Of a stretch of 64,000 nucleotides of DNA, positions 32,911 through 44,300 are shown piece after piece. The stretch spans positions 124,001 through 188,000 of the forward strand of contig CAKKNE010000004.1 of the NCBI GenBank assembly GCA_918797485.1. Direction: 5' to 3'. The notes beneath the pieces were generated by a model, which saw only the letters and a list, made by a program, of their open reading frames with translations, was not told the origin of the DNA and ran no database searches. Within the stretch, counting starts at the first letter, position 1, and every line of letters starts with the position of its first letter. The stretch is from Pelagomonas calceolata. Taxonomy: Eukaryota. Position numbers and translations under genes: made by a program.

Positions 32911-34357
32911 ATGGCGGCGGCGGCCTCTGATGACGTCGCACTCGCCGTAGACGCGCCGCGGCAGTGCGTGACGCCGGCGGCGGCCGCACCACAACCAGAG
33001 GCTGCTTTTGACAACAGCTTCTTCACGGCCGGCTGCGAGAAGGTGAGGGAGCGAAACGCGCACAAGTCGACCTTCGGGCTGCGCCAGTTGATGTACGCGC
33101 CCGACGACCGCCACGACGTCGCTGTATTAAATATTGCGGACCTCGAGCGCCTCGACGAGCGGCGGGATAGAATAAGACACCGCGGCATCGAGCGGCGCTG
33201 CACCTGGTGGTGCACGCTGCAGGGCACGGTCGTGACGGACGTGCTGCGGTCGCCCTTCTTCTTCGCGTCCTTCGGCGTCTACGCCGCGACGCTGTGGGTC
33301 TTCGACAAGCCGGAGAAGGAGCACAACGGTTTATATGCCACGGTGCTGACGGTGCTCGGCGCGTTCCTCTCGTTCGCGTCGATCTTCCTCAACAGCGAAA
33401 CATATCAAAGATTTCGAGCATCTTATCTCGCGTCGGTGAAATGCCAGGGGTGCATATTCAACGCGACGACCTGCGCCCGGGCGTCGATGCGAGACGTCGC
33501 CGCGCGGACCGTGTCGCGGTTTATATGCGGCGCGTACATTATGGCGTTCGCCGGGTTGAGGGACTCGCACTACGACGCCGACGAGGTGCTCCACCCCTTC
33601 CTGCAGAAGTACGGCTTGCTCACGGAGGAGGAGTGGGAGGCGCTGCGGAAGCGGGGAGGCTTCGCGGGCACGGGCGATAGGTACCGGGAGCTCATCTCCT
33701 GGACTTTGAAAGTAGTAAACGAGGAGCGCGACGCGGGCCGGTGCCACGGGAACGACGCGTGGCGGTTGTGTTCTGATATATTGATGCTGCGGGGCAAGCT
33801 GGCCGTCGGTTATGATTTGTTGGGGCAGCCTGTGCCGTTCGTGTACGTGCACCTCGTGCGTCTGCTTACGATCTGCTACCTACCCGTCTTCGCGTTCGTC
33901 CTGGCCCGCCTCGGCTCGCGCACGCCTGTGTGGAAATCAAAAACTTTACGGCGCGTTCGTCCTGAATCGCCGCGTCGACCTCCACGCCAACGATGCATGC
34001 ACCCGTCGCACTGGTTGATTTCCACACAGGCGCACGCCCGAGGCGATCGGCCTGGCCTGCGTCGCCATCGTCATCGCATGCCTGTTCTTCTTGGGCATCA
34101 ACACGGTCTCCACCAAACTGGCGGACCCGTACGGGCACGACCTGGACGATTTGCGCATCCTGTCGCATTGCAAGCTGATGCCCGGTCCTTCCACGGCGTC
34201 CATGACAGATTCCATGACGTCGCCGCCGCGAGTACTCTGCACCACGCGCACGCCATCGACGCGCGACTCCCGCGCAGGCGCGTGCAAGTCGATCCTCACG
34301 GCCGAGCTCCCCGCCGGCACGCGCGCGAGCCTCCGGGTCGACCGCCGTGACACCTAA
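32911..34357 (+). CDS. Bestrophin-family anion channel; introns 33918-34029 and about 34185-34277
   Basis: LGAFLSFASIFLNSETYQRF, QPVPFVYVHL; after splicing FFLGINTVSTKLADPYGHDLDDL. Confidence 0.85.
33926..34029. mobile_element. Introner element with perfect 8-bp TSD GCGCACGC (33918-33925 / 34030-34037)
   Basis: TIRs CTGTGTGGAAATCAA / TTGATTTCCACACAG; a GC-AG intron starting in the TSD restores LGS|RTPEAIG. Confidence 0.95.
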
Positions 34358-34377
34358 CTTTCTCCTAATCTTACCCC

Positions 34378-35168
34378 CTAGAGCAGCGACATGGAAGTCA
34401 TGCTCATCGACTGGACCTCGTCCGCAAAGAGGTCCTCCGTGATTTCTTCAATGATCGCGTCCATGGACAGCGTCTGGTTGACGACGGCCGTGCAGATGAT
34501 CTGTGTGGAACGGACGCCGTCGCGAGGCGAGTAGACTCTCACGCGGCAGGGCGTCGAGGCGGCGCGGCATCGCGACGACGCCGTCGACGCAACTCAAAGT
34601 TCGGAAACAGACGCTGAGTCAGCACCTTCTGCACGCCGAAGGCGACGTCGACGAGTTTGAGGCCCTCGGACCATTTCAAGCCGTCCTTGACGACGGTCTT
34701 CTTGATTTTGGCATAGAGAGCTTTTAAGTCTTGATCAGCCTCCCACGGCTTAATTTCCAAATTGCAGAGCGACCGCTGGTTCGCCTCCTTCTTCGCGAGT
34801 TTCGCCATGGCCTTGGCTTTGGCCTCCTCGAGCTCCTTCGCTGCGGCGGCCTTCTCTTCCTCGGTTTGTTCTTCATCCTCACCCCAGAAGTCGTCGTCCT
34901 CCTCCTCCTCGGCGGCCGGCGCGGGCGCGGGCTTCGCCGGCGCGGCCTTCTTCGGCGCGGCGGCGGGCGCCGCGGCCTTTTTTTCGGCCTTGGCTTTCGC
35001 CTTGGCCTCCTTCTTGGCGGCCTTCTTGCTCTGGCCGGGTGCCGGCTGCACGGCCGGCGTTGACTTCGCCGCGCCGTTGGGCGCGGACGGCGCACCACCG
35101 CCCAGCATGATGGCATAGCTGAGCGCCACGCCTAGCTCGTCTTTCTCGATGCCGCCCGGTAATTCCAT
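34378..35168 (-). CDS. EF1B: Translation elongation factor 1-beta; intron 34501-34625
   Basis: DDDFWGEDEE, SLCNLEIKPWE, DGLKW, LVDVAFGVQK|IICTAVV...EVQSMSMTSM. Confidence 0.9.
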
Positions 35169-35653
35169 TGCTGCAGTTGTTGCGACGATGAATTCGAACG
35201 TAGACTGCAAGTCGTGCAGTAATGAGCGAGTTTAGGTGGATATTATCACACGCAGCCCCGGGGCCTCGCCAGCCTCGATCGACAGTTTGGCGTGCATTCG
35301 ACACCACTCGTCGCAGGCGTGATCAGAGGGGGTAGTCGGCACGAAAACGCGTGCGTTCGGTACGCGTCCAAAAAACCCGGGCTCTTTGAGAGCAAAAACT
35401 TAAACTTGCTTTGGAACGGCGCTCAAACGCGTCACCTACGACCTCACGTCACACACCCGCGTCCGCCGCAGCACCTTCACAACACGCGCTGCGCCCTGCG
35501 CGAAGAGCGCGCCAGCTGAGAGCCTGTGTGGACCGCTGCAGTTCAAAAACCGCGGGCACCCCAGAAACTGTGAGCGACGCGCCCGCCCACGCGCCGCGGC
35601 CAACACACGCGCTCACGCAAAACCGCAGCGCGCGCAGGCACACAAACGAAACC

Positions 35654-36976
35654 ATGGACGGCGGCCTCGCAGAAACGTTGGTCGGCGCGATGTTGGGAGG
35701 AGGCGGCGACGGTATCAGAGATATGATGAACGCGGCGACGGGCGTCTGCAAGTGCGTGCGCATGAACCCTGATGGTTCTACCGAGGAGATCGACTTGGAC
35801 ATGACGCCCAGTCAAAGGAAGGTGCACGAGGCACTCGGAGGCGGCGAAGTCACTTTTTTAGGCCAGTGGGAGCCGCTGGGCGTGTTCCTCGTCGCGCGGC
35901 GCGACGCCGACGAAGAGACGGAGACCTTCCAGGGCACGTTACCGAAGCCCTTCGATGCCTGCAAGGGCGAGTTCCAAGGTGCCGTGGTCATGACGCGGAC
36001 CTTAGAATGTGGCAAGCCGGCGGATTTTACCCTTGCCGAATTTCAGGAGTTCGCCGCGAAGAAGCCCGAGCCCTGGCAGGAGATGCCCATCGAGGAGGAG
36101 GAGGAAGAACCCCTAGAGACCATCGAGGAAGGTGATGAAGACTCCGACTCTTCCAGTGATGGCGGCGAGTTCGAGGCTGAAAGTTCGTCAGATGATGATG
36201 GTGCCGACGACGAGTTCGAGGAGATGATGATGGAGAAGCTCGTGGCGGATTTCACGCGGGAGAATGGGAGGGCGCCGACGATGGAGGAGTCCGTCGGGCT
36301 GCGTTCAGCTTTACAGGAGAAGCTCGGTTCCAAAGAATCGTCTGATGATGATGAGGACGAGGAGGAGGAAGAAGAGAACAACGGCGAGGTCCGCGCGGCG
36401 TTCCTCCAGTCGTGCCTGACCAAGTTCGCGAAAGAGCACGGGCGGGACCCGTCGGACGAAGAACGGGCGGGTATTGAAAAGACGGTCGATGCCAAACTAG
36501 AAGCGTCGGACGGCGAGGCTTTGGTCGTGGAGAAGGTGGTGGCCCACTTCACGGCCCATCATGGGAGGGCGCCGTCGGCGGCCGAGGTCGAGGAGGTGCT
36601 CGAGAAGCTCGCGGCGGCTGAAGAGGCGGCGCCCGAGGAGGCGGCCGAGGAGGCCGCTGCGACGCCGGAGGAGGCCGCCGCGGACTCGAAGAAGCGCCCG
36701 CGCGAGGAGGAGGCCGCAGCCGAGGAGGACGGCGAGGAGCCGGGCATCCTCGAGCAGCTCATGGCGCTCTTCAAGGAGAACCACGGCCGCGACCCGACCG
36801 AGGCCGAGGTGCAGCAGTGGCGCGACACGCTCCGCGAGGCGGCCGAGGAGGCCGACGCGGGCGTCGTCGCGGCGGCGCCCAAGGAGGACAACACGCCGCG
36901 CGGCAAGGCGCCGGAGCCGGTGGCGCAGGTGTCGGTCGAGCCGGCGGCGAAGAAGCAGCGCGTCGCCGAGGCCTGA
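35654..36976 (+). CDS. Acidic hypothetical protein with four F..E.GR.P(T/S)..E repeats
   Basis: Long ORF; repeats visible in translation; C-terminal PAAKKQRV NLS-like motif. Confidence 0.7.
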   Translation: MDGGLAETLVGAMLGGGGDGIRDMMNAATGVCKCVRMNPDGSTEEIDLDMTPSQRKVHEALGGGEVTFLGQWEPLGVFLVARRDADEETETFQGTLPKPFDACKGEFQGAVVMTRTLECGKPADFTLAEFQEFAAKKPEPWQEMPIEEEEEEPLETIEEGDEDSDSSSDGGEFEAESSSDDDGADDEFEEMMMEKLVADFTRENGRAPTMEESVGLRSALQEKLGSKESSDDDEDEEEEEENNGEVRAAFLQSCLTKFAKEHGRDPSDEERAGIEKTVDAKLEASDGEALVVEKVVAHFTAHHGRAPSAAEVEEVLEKLAAAEEAAPEEAAEEAAATPEEAAADSKKRPREEEAAAEEDGEEPGILEQLMALFKENHGRDPTEAEVQQWRDTLREAAEEADAGVVAAAPKEDNTPRGKAPEPVAQVSVEPAAKKQRVAEA

Positions 36977-37427
36977 GCTCGCTTTGGCCGCGAAGGGCCG
37001 CCGTCCTATCTCTCTAACTACTATGTGGTACTCAGAAGCCTGTACAGGGGGGACCGTCGGTGGCGCATCGGGACCGCCGTGGGGAGTGTATATATTTAAT
37101 TTATTTTATATAGTTATTTATATCAGCCTCGGGTTGCGTTTGTTCCCCTTGCTCCACGATATATGAATAGAAAGCACATAGAATCACATAGAGTATACAT
37201 ATGTACCTGCTTCCTAGTGTCTTACAGGCCGCTAGCTCATTTACGCGAGGAAACGAAGCGGCCACGTGCTCCGACAAGCTATTTCGCGAGAAGCACTCGC
37301 GCGCTTGCCAAGGGCCAAACGCCGCGTCCTGTCGTTAGCAAGACCGTTACAAACAGTTAGCACAAGACTACCGGCTCTATTGCCGGGAGAGTTGCGGGAG
37401 GCGGCCGTTAACCATACTCTGGAGACG

Positions 37428-37904
37428 ATGATGTTACTGGCCCTCCTCGCGGCCGCGGCTTTGACCGCCGACGCCGTCGTCGTCGAAACTACGGCAGCAC
37501 TCCGCGCCGCGGTAGACAGACAGGAAGCGACGATAATCCTCGGTGCCGATCTGTCCCTCGGCGGCGAGCCACTCATAATCACGGCAGATTGCGATGTACG
37601 CGGCCACGGGCACGCGCTCTTCCAGGGGCCCGGCGCCCGGCACATGCACGTCAACGGCACGGTCGCGCTACTCTCGCGGCGCGGGAGCTCCAAGCGGCGC
37701 CTCACGTCCGAGTCGCCCGCGACGATCAAGGCCCGCGCCTGCGACGAGCGCGGCCGCCTCACGTCTCACTCGACCTCTGGTACCAATAGCGGTACGGGCG
37801 ACTCGCGCGTGAGCCGCAAGCTGGTCAACTTCCGGACGCTGACGTGGCAGTCGTCCCAGGGGGGAGAGTCGAAGGACGGCTCCGACAACCCGCCATCTTT
37901 CTAA
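37428..37904 (+). CDS. Hypothetical secreted protein
   Basis: Signal peptide MMLLALLAAAALTADA; promoter-type motif at 37214. Confidence 0.5.
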   Translation: MMLLALLAAAALTADAVVVETTAALRAAVDRQEATIILGADLSLGGEPLIITADCDVRGHGHALFQGPGARHMHVNGTVALLSRRGSSKRRLTSESPATIKARACDERGRLTSHSTSGTNSGTGDSRVSRKLVNFRTLTWQSSQGGESKDGSDNPPSF

Positions 37905-38195
37905 GTAAGTTTGTATGACTCTCCCAAAACCTTTCGGAGGGGATACCGCCCGGTCCGGGCTCGCATAGCTAGCGGCTGTCAGACACTAGCAAAGCCACAC
38001 TCACCAACCTTACCCGCGCGCGTCCCTGGCCGCACGGCTGCCTTAATTGTCAAGTTTCGACGCTTAGTTCTCACTCTGACCAGTGCCGCTGCACATCTGC
38101 TTGCGTACGCCAACCCAGTCGAGCTCTGTGTGCTGTCCAAGGAGGCTGCTCCCGGGAGTGCATCTCATGCAATCTGCGTGAAAGCGAACGCAGCG

Positions 38196-39092
38196 ATGGC
38201 CACGAATGGCTTCTGGGCGCCGGACACGCCGCTCGAGCCGCTGACGGCCTGGGACGCCGACCGGCTGCGCTGGTGGCACGGCGAGCCCGAGTCCTACGCC
38301 GTCGACGGGGGCCGCCTCACCGTCGTCGCGCGGCCGGGCCGCGACTGGTGGCGCCGGACCTTCTACGACCCGGCCTTGGACAAGAAGGACGGCCCTGCGT
38401 ACCTCTGCCGCGTGCCGTCCCGCCACGCCTACGCAATGACAGCGGCCTTCACGCTCGAGCCCCGCGCGGACGGCGACCAAAGCGGCTGCATGATTTGGTT
38501 GGATGAGGACGTCTGGCTCAAGGCCGGCCTCGAAATGGTCGATGGCGCGCCGCACCTGGCGGTCACCTCAACCACACGCTTCTCGGACCGGTCTTTAACG
38601 CCGTGGGCCGGGCTCTCGGCGCGCGTGCGCCTGCACAAGGTGAAAGCGCCTTCCGGTAATTGCGTCGTCGTCGAGGCCGCGCCCCACGCGCCGGGCGCGG
38701 CCCTGGACGCGGACGGCGATTGGAGGGTTGTTAGAATAGCGCCCCTCGCGCACGACCTCGACAGGTGGGAGCGGACGGCGCCGCACTGGCACTCGGGCGT
38801 CTTTTGCTTCGCGCCCGTTGGTGGGGAGGGGACCAGCACACCCACCGAGGACGACGAGGAGGAAACCAAGGAGCCGCCCCTGTGCCGCGCGGTGTTTGAT
38901 GGTGTGGAGATCAGGGAAGGCGCGCCGCTACCTGTGTCGCAAGCAGCGGAAAATATACCGCGGGAGCCGCCGCCCGTCGACGACGATCCCGACGACCCCG
39001 ACGACGTAAAAAAATGCGACCCCGACGACCCCGAGGGGAAGTATCCGTCCGACTGGCCCTACCACCAGGAAGAAGAGCACAGATTCCTCTGA
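38196..39092 (+). CDS. DUF1349 / Ree1-like concanavalin-A fold protein
   Basis: RDWWRRTFY, DQSGCMIWLDEDVWLKAGLEMVDG, FSD.S, GVFCFAP. Confidence 0.8.
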   Translation: MATNGFWAPDTPLEPLTAWDADRLRWWHGEPESYAVDGGRLTVVARPGRDWWRRTFYDPALDKKDGPAYLCRVPSRHAYAMTAAFTLEPRADGDQSGCMIWLDEDVWLKAGLEMVDGAPHLAVTSTTRFSDRSLTPWAGLSARVRLHKVKAPSGNCVVVEAAPHAPGAALDADGDWRVVRIAPLAHDLDRWERTAPHWHSGVFCFAPVGGEGTSTPTEDDEEETKEPPLCRAVFDGVEIREGAPLPVSQAAENIPREPPPVDDDPDDPDDVKKCDPDDPEGKYPSDWPYHQEEEHRFL

Positions 39093-39137
39093 CGACGCAA
39101 ATTCCAGAGAATCTAATAATCACAGTCATATTGCTTC

Positions 39138-40793
39138 CTACATGTCTAGGCCGCCGAGGCACAGGTACTTGTCCTCGAGGTACTCGTCGATGCCGTGGTT
39201 GCCGCCCTCGCGGCCGAGGCCCGACTCCTTCGTGCCGCCGAAGGGCATGGCCGCGTGGCTCACGGCCCCCTCGTTGACGCCGACCTGCGCGGACGTCGAC
39301 CGGTCTGCGCCCGGTCGCGTCGATGGCAAACTAATTCATTCTGACGCTGCCGCCGATACGATGCCAAAGTCCAGGCGCTCGGCCACGGCCCAGGCGTGGC
39401 CCAGCTCGCCGCATACGTAGGCCGCGAGGCCTGCGGGCCCCTCGTTCGCGAGCCGGACCGCCTCGGCGTCGTCGGAGAAGGCAGCGACGCCGGCGACCGG
39501 CCCGAAGGTCTCGAGCTGCCAGAGCTCGCTGTCGATGGCGACGTCGCGGACGACCGTCGGCTCGAAGAACGAGCCCGGTCCGGGCGGTTTATTTCCGCCG
39601 CAGACCACCCGGCCGCCGGCGCGCACCGCACCCTTGACGCGCTCCTGACACTTGAACGTCGCCGCCTCGTCGATCAGGGGCCCGATTCCCGTCCCCGCGT
39701 CGAGGCCGTGGCCCAGCTTGAGCGCCGACGCCTCTGCTGCCAATCGCTCGACGAACGCGTCGACGACGGCTTCGTGCACCAAGAACCGGTCCGCACAGAC
39801 GCAGGTCTGCCCACCATACCGATACTTCGACGCCATCGCGGCCCGGACCGCTGTATCAAGATCCGCACTCTTCAGCACGATCATCGGAGCGTTGCCGCCG
39901 AGCTCCAGCCCGAGCTTTTTTACCGTAGAAGCGCATCTTGAATATAACCACTTGCCCACGGCCGTCGAGCCCGTGAAGCTCAGGGCTCGCACAACGTCCG
40001 AGTCGCAGAGCACCTCGCCGACCGGTTGAGCATTTTGACGACTAGCGGGGATCACGTTGAGCACGCCGGGTGGTAGCAGACCGTCCGCCAGCCGCGCCAA
40101 TGCGAGAGCCGTCAGCGGCGTGTATTCCGAGGGCTTGACGACGACAGGACAGCCCGCGGCAATAGCTGGGGCCACCTTGCGCGTGATCATCGCGAGCGGA
40201 AAGTTCCAGGGCGTGATCGCCGCCGCCACGCCGACGGGCTGCCGCACCGTCAGTAAGCGCCGGTCTTGCGCGACGTTCGATTTCACCTCGCCGGCGACGC
40301 GCGGAGCTTCTTCCGCGAACCACTCCACGAACGAAGCAGCATAAGCGACCTCGGCCCGCGCCTCGGCCAGCGGCTTGCCGCACTCGGCCGTCGCCACCGT
40401 CGCGAGCGGCTCGGCGTGGGCGAGGATCGCGTCGTGCCAAGCTCTAAGGGCGTCGGAGCGTGTGCGCGCGGGAGTCCTAGCCCAGCTTTCAAACGCGTTT
40501 TGCGCGTCCTGGATCGCGGCCTCCGCTTCTTGCGGGCCGCAGTCCGCCACTTGTGCTAATACATCGTCGGTGGCGGGGTCGGTGACGGCGAAGGTGTTCG
40601 GTGTCGAGCGCCAGCGGCCGCCGGCGACGTAGGGCGCGGCGCCGTTCATCGGCAAGACGCCGAGCACGGCTAGGCTCTCTGCCGTGGCTGCATCGGCGCA
40701 GAGTTGGCGGCCTGAACTGGCAGCTCTGAGGGTGTGCTTGGCCCTGGGCACCGCGCTCCTAGCTATGAGGAGTGCTTGGGCGAAGACGACCAT
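39138..40793 (-). CDS. SSADH: Succinate-semialdehyde dehydrogenase (mitochondrial type); intron 39285-39359
   Basis: [57 protein letters not shown]. Confidence 0.9.
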
Positions 40794-41353
40794 GGTGCTG
40801 AGCGCTTGGCTGGACCAGCTGTGCTTCACAGCCCCAAAAGGTTAGTTTTGCGTGCAGCGCTGCTGGCGTTCGCAGCAGAGCGTTACTGTGCCTTGAAGTG
40901 GCAGTGCCTTGCGATGCTTTGCGAGCGGTCGAGCGCTGAGGCACGCGCTGGCATGCACACTGCTCCAAGCTTAAGCTAGCTTAAGCTGGACCCAGGACCC
41001 GGGTTTTGCGCAAACAAAACGGGGAGACTCTTGCCCCTAGGCTTCCGCGCGAACGTGCTGTGACGTATTCGATGGCAGAAAGGCATCCCACGTGAGCTAG
41101 CGTGCGTAAGACACTAGCAAGCCCACAAAGCAGTTGCGACTCTGTGTGGCCGCTACAGGCCCCAGGGCGGAGCAAGCGTTGGCTCACAGCAAGCCGTTGA
41201 GCCCCCGCGGTGCGCAGCTGCGAAGAAACGCGCCGCCAAGCGGTTGCGTAGAAGTTCACTGGCTTTTTGCGTCGGACGCCGTTCGCTGCGCGCCGAGCCA
41301 AATAACGCCGCCGCGCGTCAAGAATAGCCAACTAACGCCGCCGCGCGTCAAGA

Positions 41354-44300
41354 ATGGCCACCCCGGGAGGAGGAGGCCAGTTCGTCGTGCGCCGCCACCG
41401 CGCGGCCCCACCGCCGAAGACGCCGTCGACGCCGAAGTTGGTACTAGCCGCGTTTCAAAGCCCGGCGACCATTGATTTTGGAGAGCAGCATCCCGATAAA
41501 GAGGCCGTCAAGACGTTAGTGTTGAGCTGCCCCGCCGACGCGAAGCGGAGCGCGACGGTAGAAGTCGTCCGGACGCCCACAAACATCACCGCGCGCTTCG
41601 AGGGCGGCGCCCAATCGATAACGATCGAGCGGGGCGACGTGGCGGCCTGCGCGCTGACGTGGCGGCCGGAGCGGCCCGGCGGCTTGAGAGGTGCTGTTGC
41701 GTTTAGATTAGATGGAAAAAGGCGCCTCAGCGCGACGGTGCTCGGTAGATGTGTCGAACCGCCGCCGCCGCCGCCGAAGAAGGCGACGCCCCGGCCGGCG
41801 GGCCAGGTACGACGGGGCGTCGAGCGGCGGTTGGATGATCGCGCGCGAGCTGTTCGCGGCCCGTGTGGAAATCAACCAGTGAGTTAGGTTATCATTGCGG
41901 GGACCTTGCGAACCTCCACGTCATCGAGCCGACGTGGTCACGGGGACGGGATCGCGTCGATGGCGTACGTGGGGCGCTGAAATTTGATTCCCACACAGGT
42001 GGCAGCAAGGCGCGCCTCGGACGCCGTGCGCGAGACGACGGTCCCCGACGACGCTTCTCTCAGAGCGTGGCTCGACGAGTTATTAGTTGGTGCTTCATCG
42101 AACAAATCAACAGCACCAAACGCGGAGTTCGCGACAGCGCAAAAGAGCGAGCGGCGCCGGCGCTGCGCGGCCGTCTGGCGGAGCGAGAGTTTAGTGGAGG
42201 CGCGCAAGAACGTGGTCGAGGAGGTCGCGGCGAACCGCTTGGTGTTGAGACCGGAGCTCGACGTTCGGTGCGACCAGGTCCTGCGGGCGCACGTGCTCGG
42301 GCTCTTCGCGTCGATCGAAGCACCGTGGCTGAAGGCGGCGCTGGACGCCGCTCTGCCATTACGGGGCGACGGGTCCCTCAAAGCCCAGCTCGCGGACCAT
42401 TTGTTCGGCGACGCGGAGACGGCGTTTGCGAGAGACGAAGATAACCGCGGCAAAAACGGGAAAGACGGAGGCGTGTACGGAAAACAGCTCGGCGAGGAGC
42501 TACGCAAGAGGTGCGTGGCGCACGTCTTCGCGTTACTCCACTTCCTCGACGCGGCGCGCCTGTCCGACGCGCTCCCGCAGCACTCTCGATTATTCTCCGC
42601 GTCTCGTAAAGTGGTCATCGAGGCCGACCAAGGGCCTTCCCAAGTGACCTCCACCCAGCAACTGGCGAGAGCTTTTGGTAGGGACTGCCTCGCGGGCGAG
42701 GGCGACATCCTACCTCATCTAGAGAGACTGGGCATCGACCTGAAATTCATACAAACACCGCTGCACGACTACGACTGGCGCGTGCGGGATTTTGGAAGGG
42801 ACTTGCGGGATGGGGTACGCTTAGCAAGGGCGGTGGACGTCGCCGCGCACAATGATAAACTGGAGAGCGACGTCTGTGCCAAGTTGAGAGTGCCGGCGGC
42901 TTCAAGATTACCGAAGCTCCACAACGTATCTGCTGTAATAGAGGCGCTGCAGGCGCTGGGCGCCATCCCGGACCAGTCGCGCGCGGCCTTGGGGGACTGG
43001 GCGCGCGCCGTCGTGGACGGACGGCCCTTGCTGCGGACGCGGGATTTGGTCGCGGCGCTGGCGGCGCGGTTCTCGGGCGCGGCGCGGACTGTGGACGCGG
43101 GACGACTACGGAGGGAGGTCGGCCGCCTCGGAGGTGCCCAAGCGTGGGCCGGCGACTCTACAAAAGCTTCGCGCGCCCAGGACGCGGCGGACGCGATTAC
43201 TATAGATGAAACTGGGACCGACGAGAGCCGCGCGCGGACGTCCTTAACGCAGTGGGCCGCGGCCGTCGCCGCCGGCTGCCACTGTCAAGGTTTGGATGCG
43301 GATGGACGGTGCGCGCCGGGCTTCGTGCGGGCGGCCGTCCAGCTGTACCACCCTGCTTTATCGTGCGACACGGATGAAGCGGCCGTCTCAATGCTAGGTG
43401 GCGTCTCCCTGGACGTCTACGCGGCGTGCCTCGACCCCTCTTCTTCACCGCCGGAGCGCGTCGCCTGGGCCTTCGCCGCGCGGCTGGCTCACAGATTACT
43501 GGCGTCGCGCGACGCGCTGCAGGCCGCGACGAAGCTGGGGGCCTTCGCGCGGGCGACGTCGGCGCGCAAGAAGCGGCCCGCGCCGCCCCAAAAGCGCGCG
43601 GCGTCGCCGACCGTCTTAGTGTTCGCGAACACGCCGCCGGCGCCACGCCAGCGCAAAGTTTTAGCGCCGCGGAATGAAGTGGTGGCGCCGAAGGCCGCGG
43701 CACAAAAGCCGGCGGTCGCGTTCGACGTGACGCCCGGCGCTATTCCGCCCCCGAAGCCGCCAGCCACAGTACGCTTCGCCGCGGCGACGCCGGCGCCGCG
43801 GCGCTCCACATTTGCCGCGGTGCCGACGCCCGCGCCGGTGCGGCCGACGCCGGCGGCCTTCCTCACGCCGGCGCCGCGCTTCGCGGAGCGGGCGCAGTTG
43901 CCGCCGGCGACGGCCGCCGCACGCGAGAAGGGCCTGCGCCGCGCCGCGGCGGCGGCGACGTGCATGGCGGCGGCGTGGCGCCGCGCGGCCACACGATTAA
44001 CGTTGTGGCGCCGCGCGGCGGCGGTCCACGTCCAGTGCTACTGGCGCCTGTCTAGATTGAGGCGGTCCTCGGCGCGGCGGCGCTCTTCTGGAGACGGGTC
44101 CGTCGCGCGACTCCTGGCGGCGAAGCTGCGCGCCACGAAGACGACGTCCGTCTTACTACGGTCGCTCGGGACGCTCTTCCTCCAGCGGTGCGGCTCCGGC
44201 GCGGGCCGGCTCGGCCGGGAGCGGCGCGCGGCGCGCACGGTCCAGGCGCTGGGCCGCGGCGGGTTGGGACGCGCGGCGGCGCGCGAGCGGCGCGGGGCCG

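Noticed and set aside
8133..40793. Proline/GABA metabolic cluster (P5CS, ornithine cyclodeaminase, prolyl hydroxylase, SSADH)
   Set aside because: The genes are spread over 32 kb among unrelated genes; chance co-occurrence is sufficient
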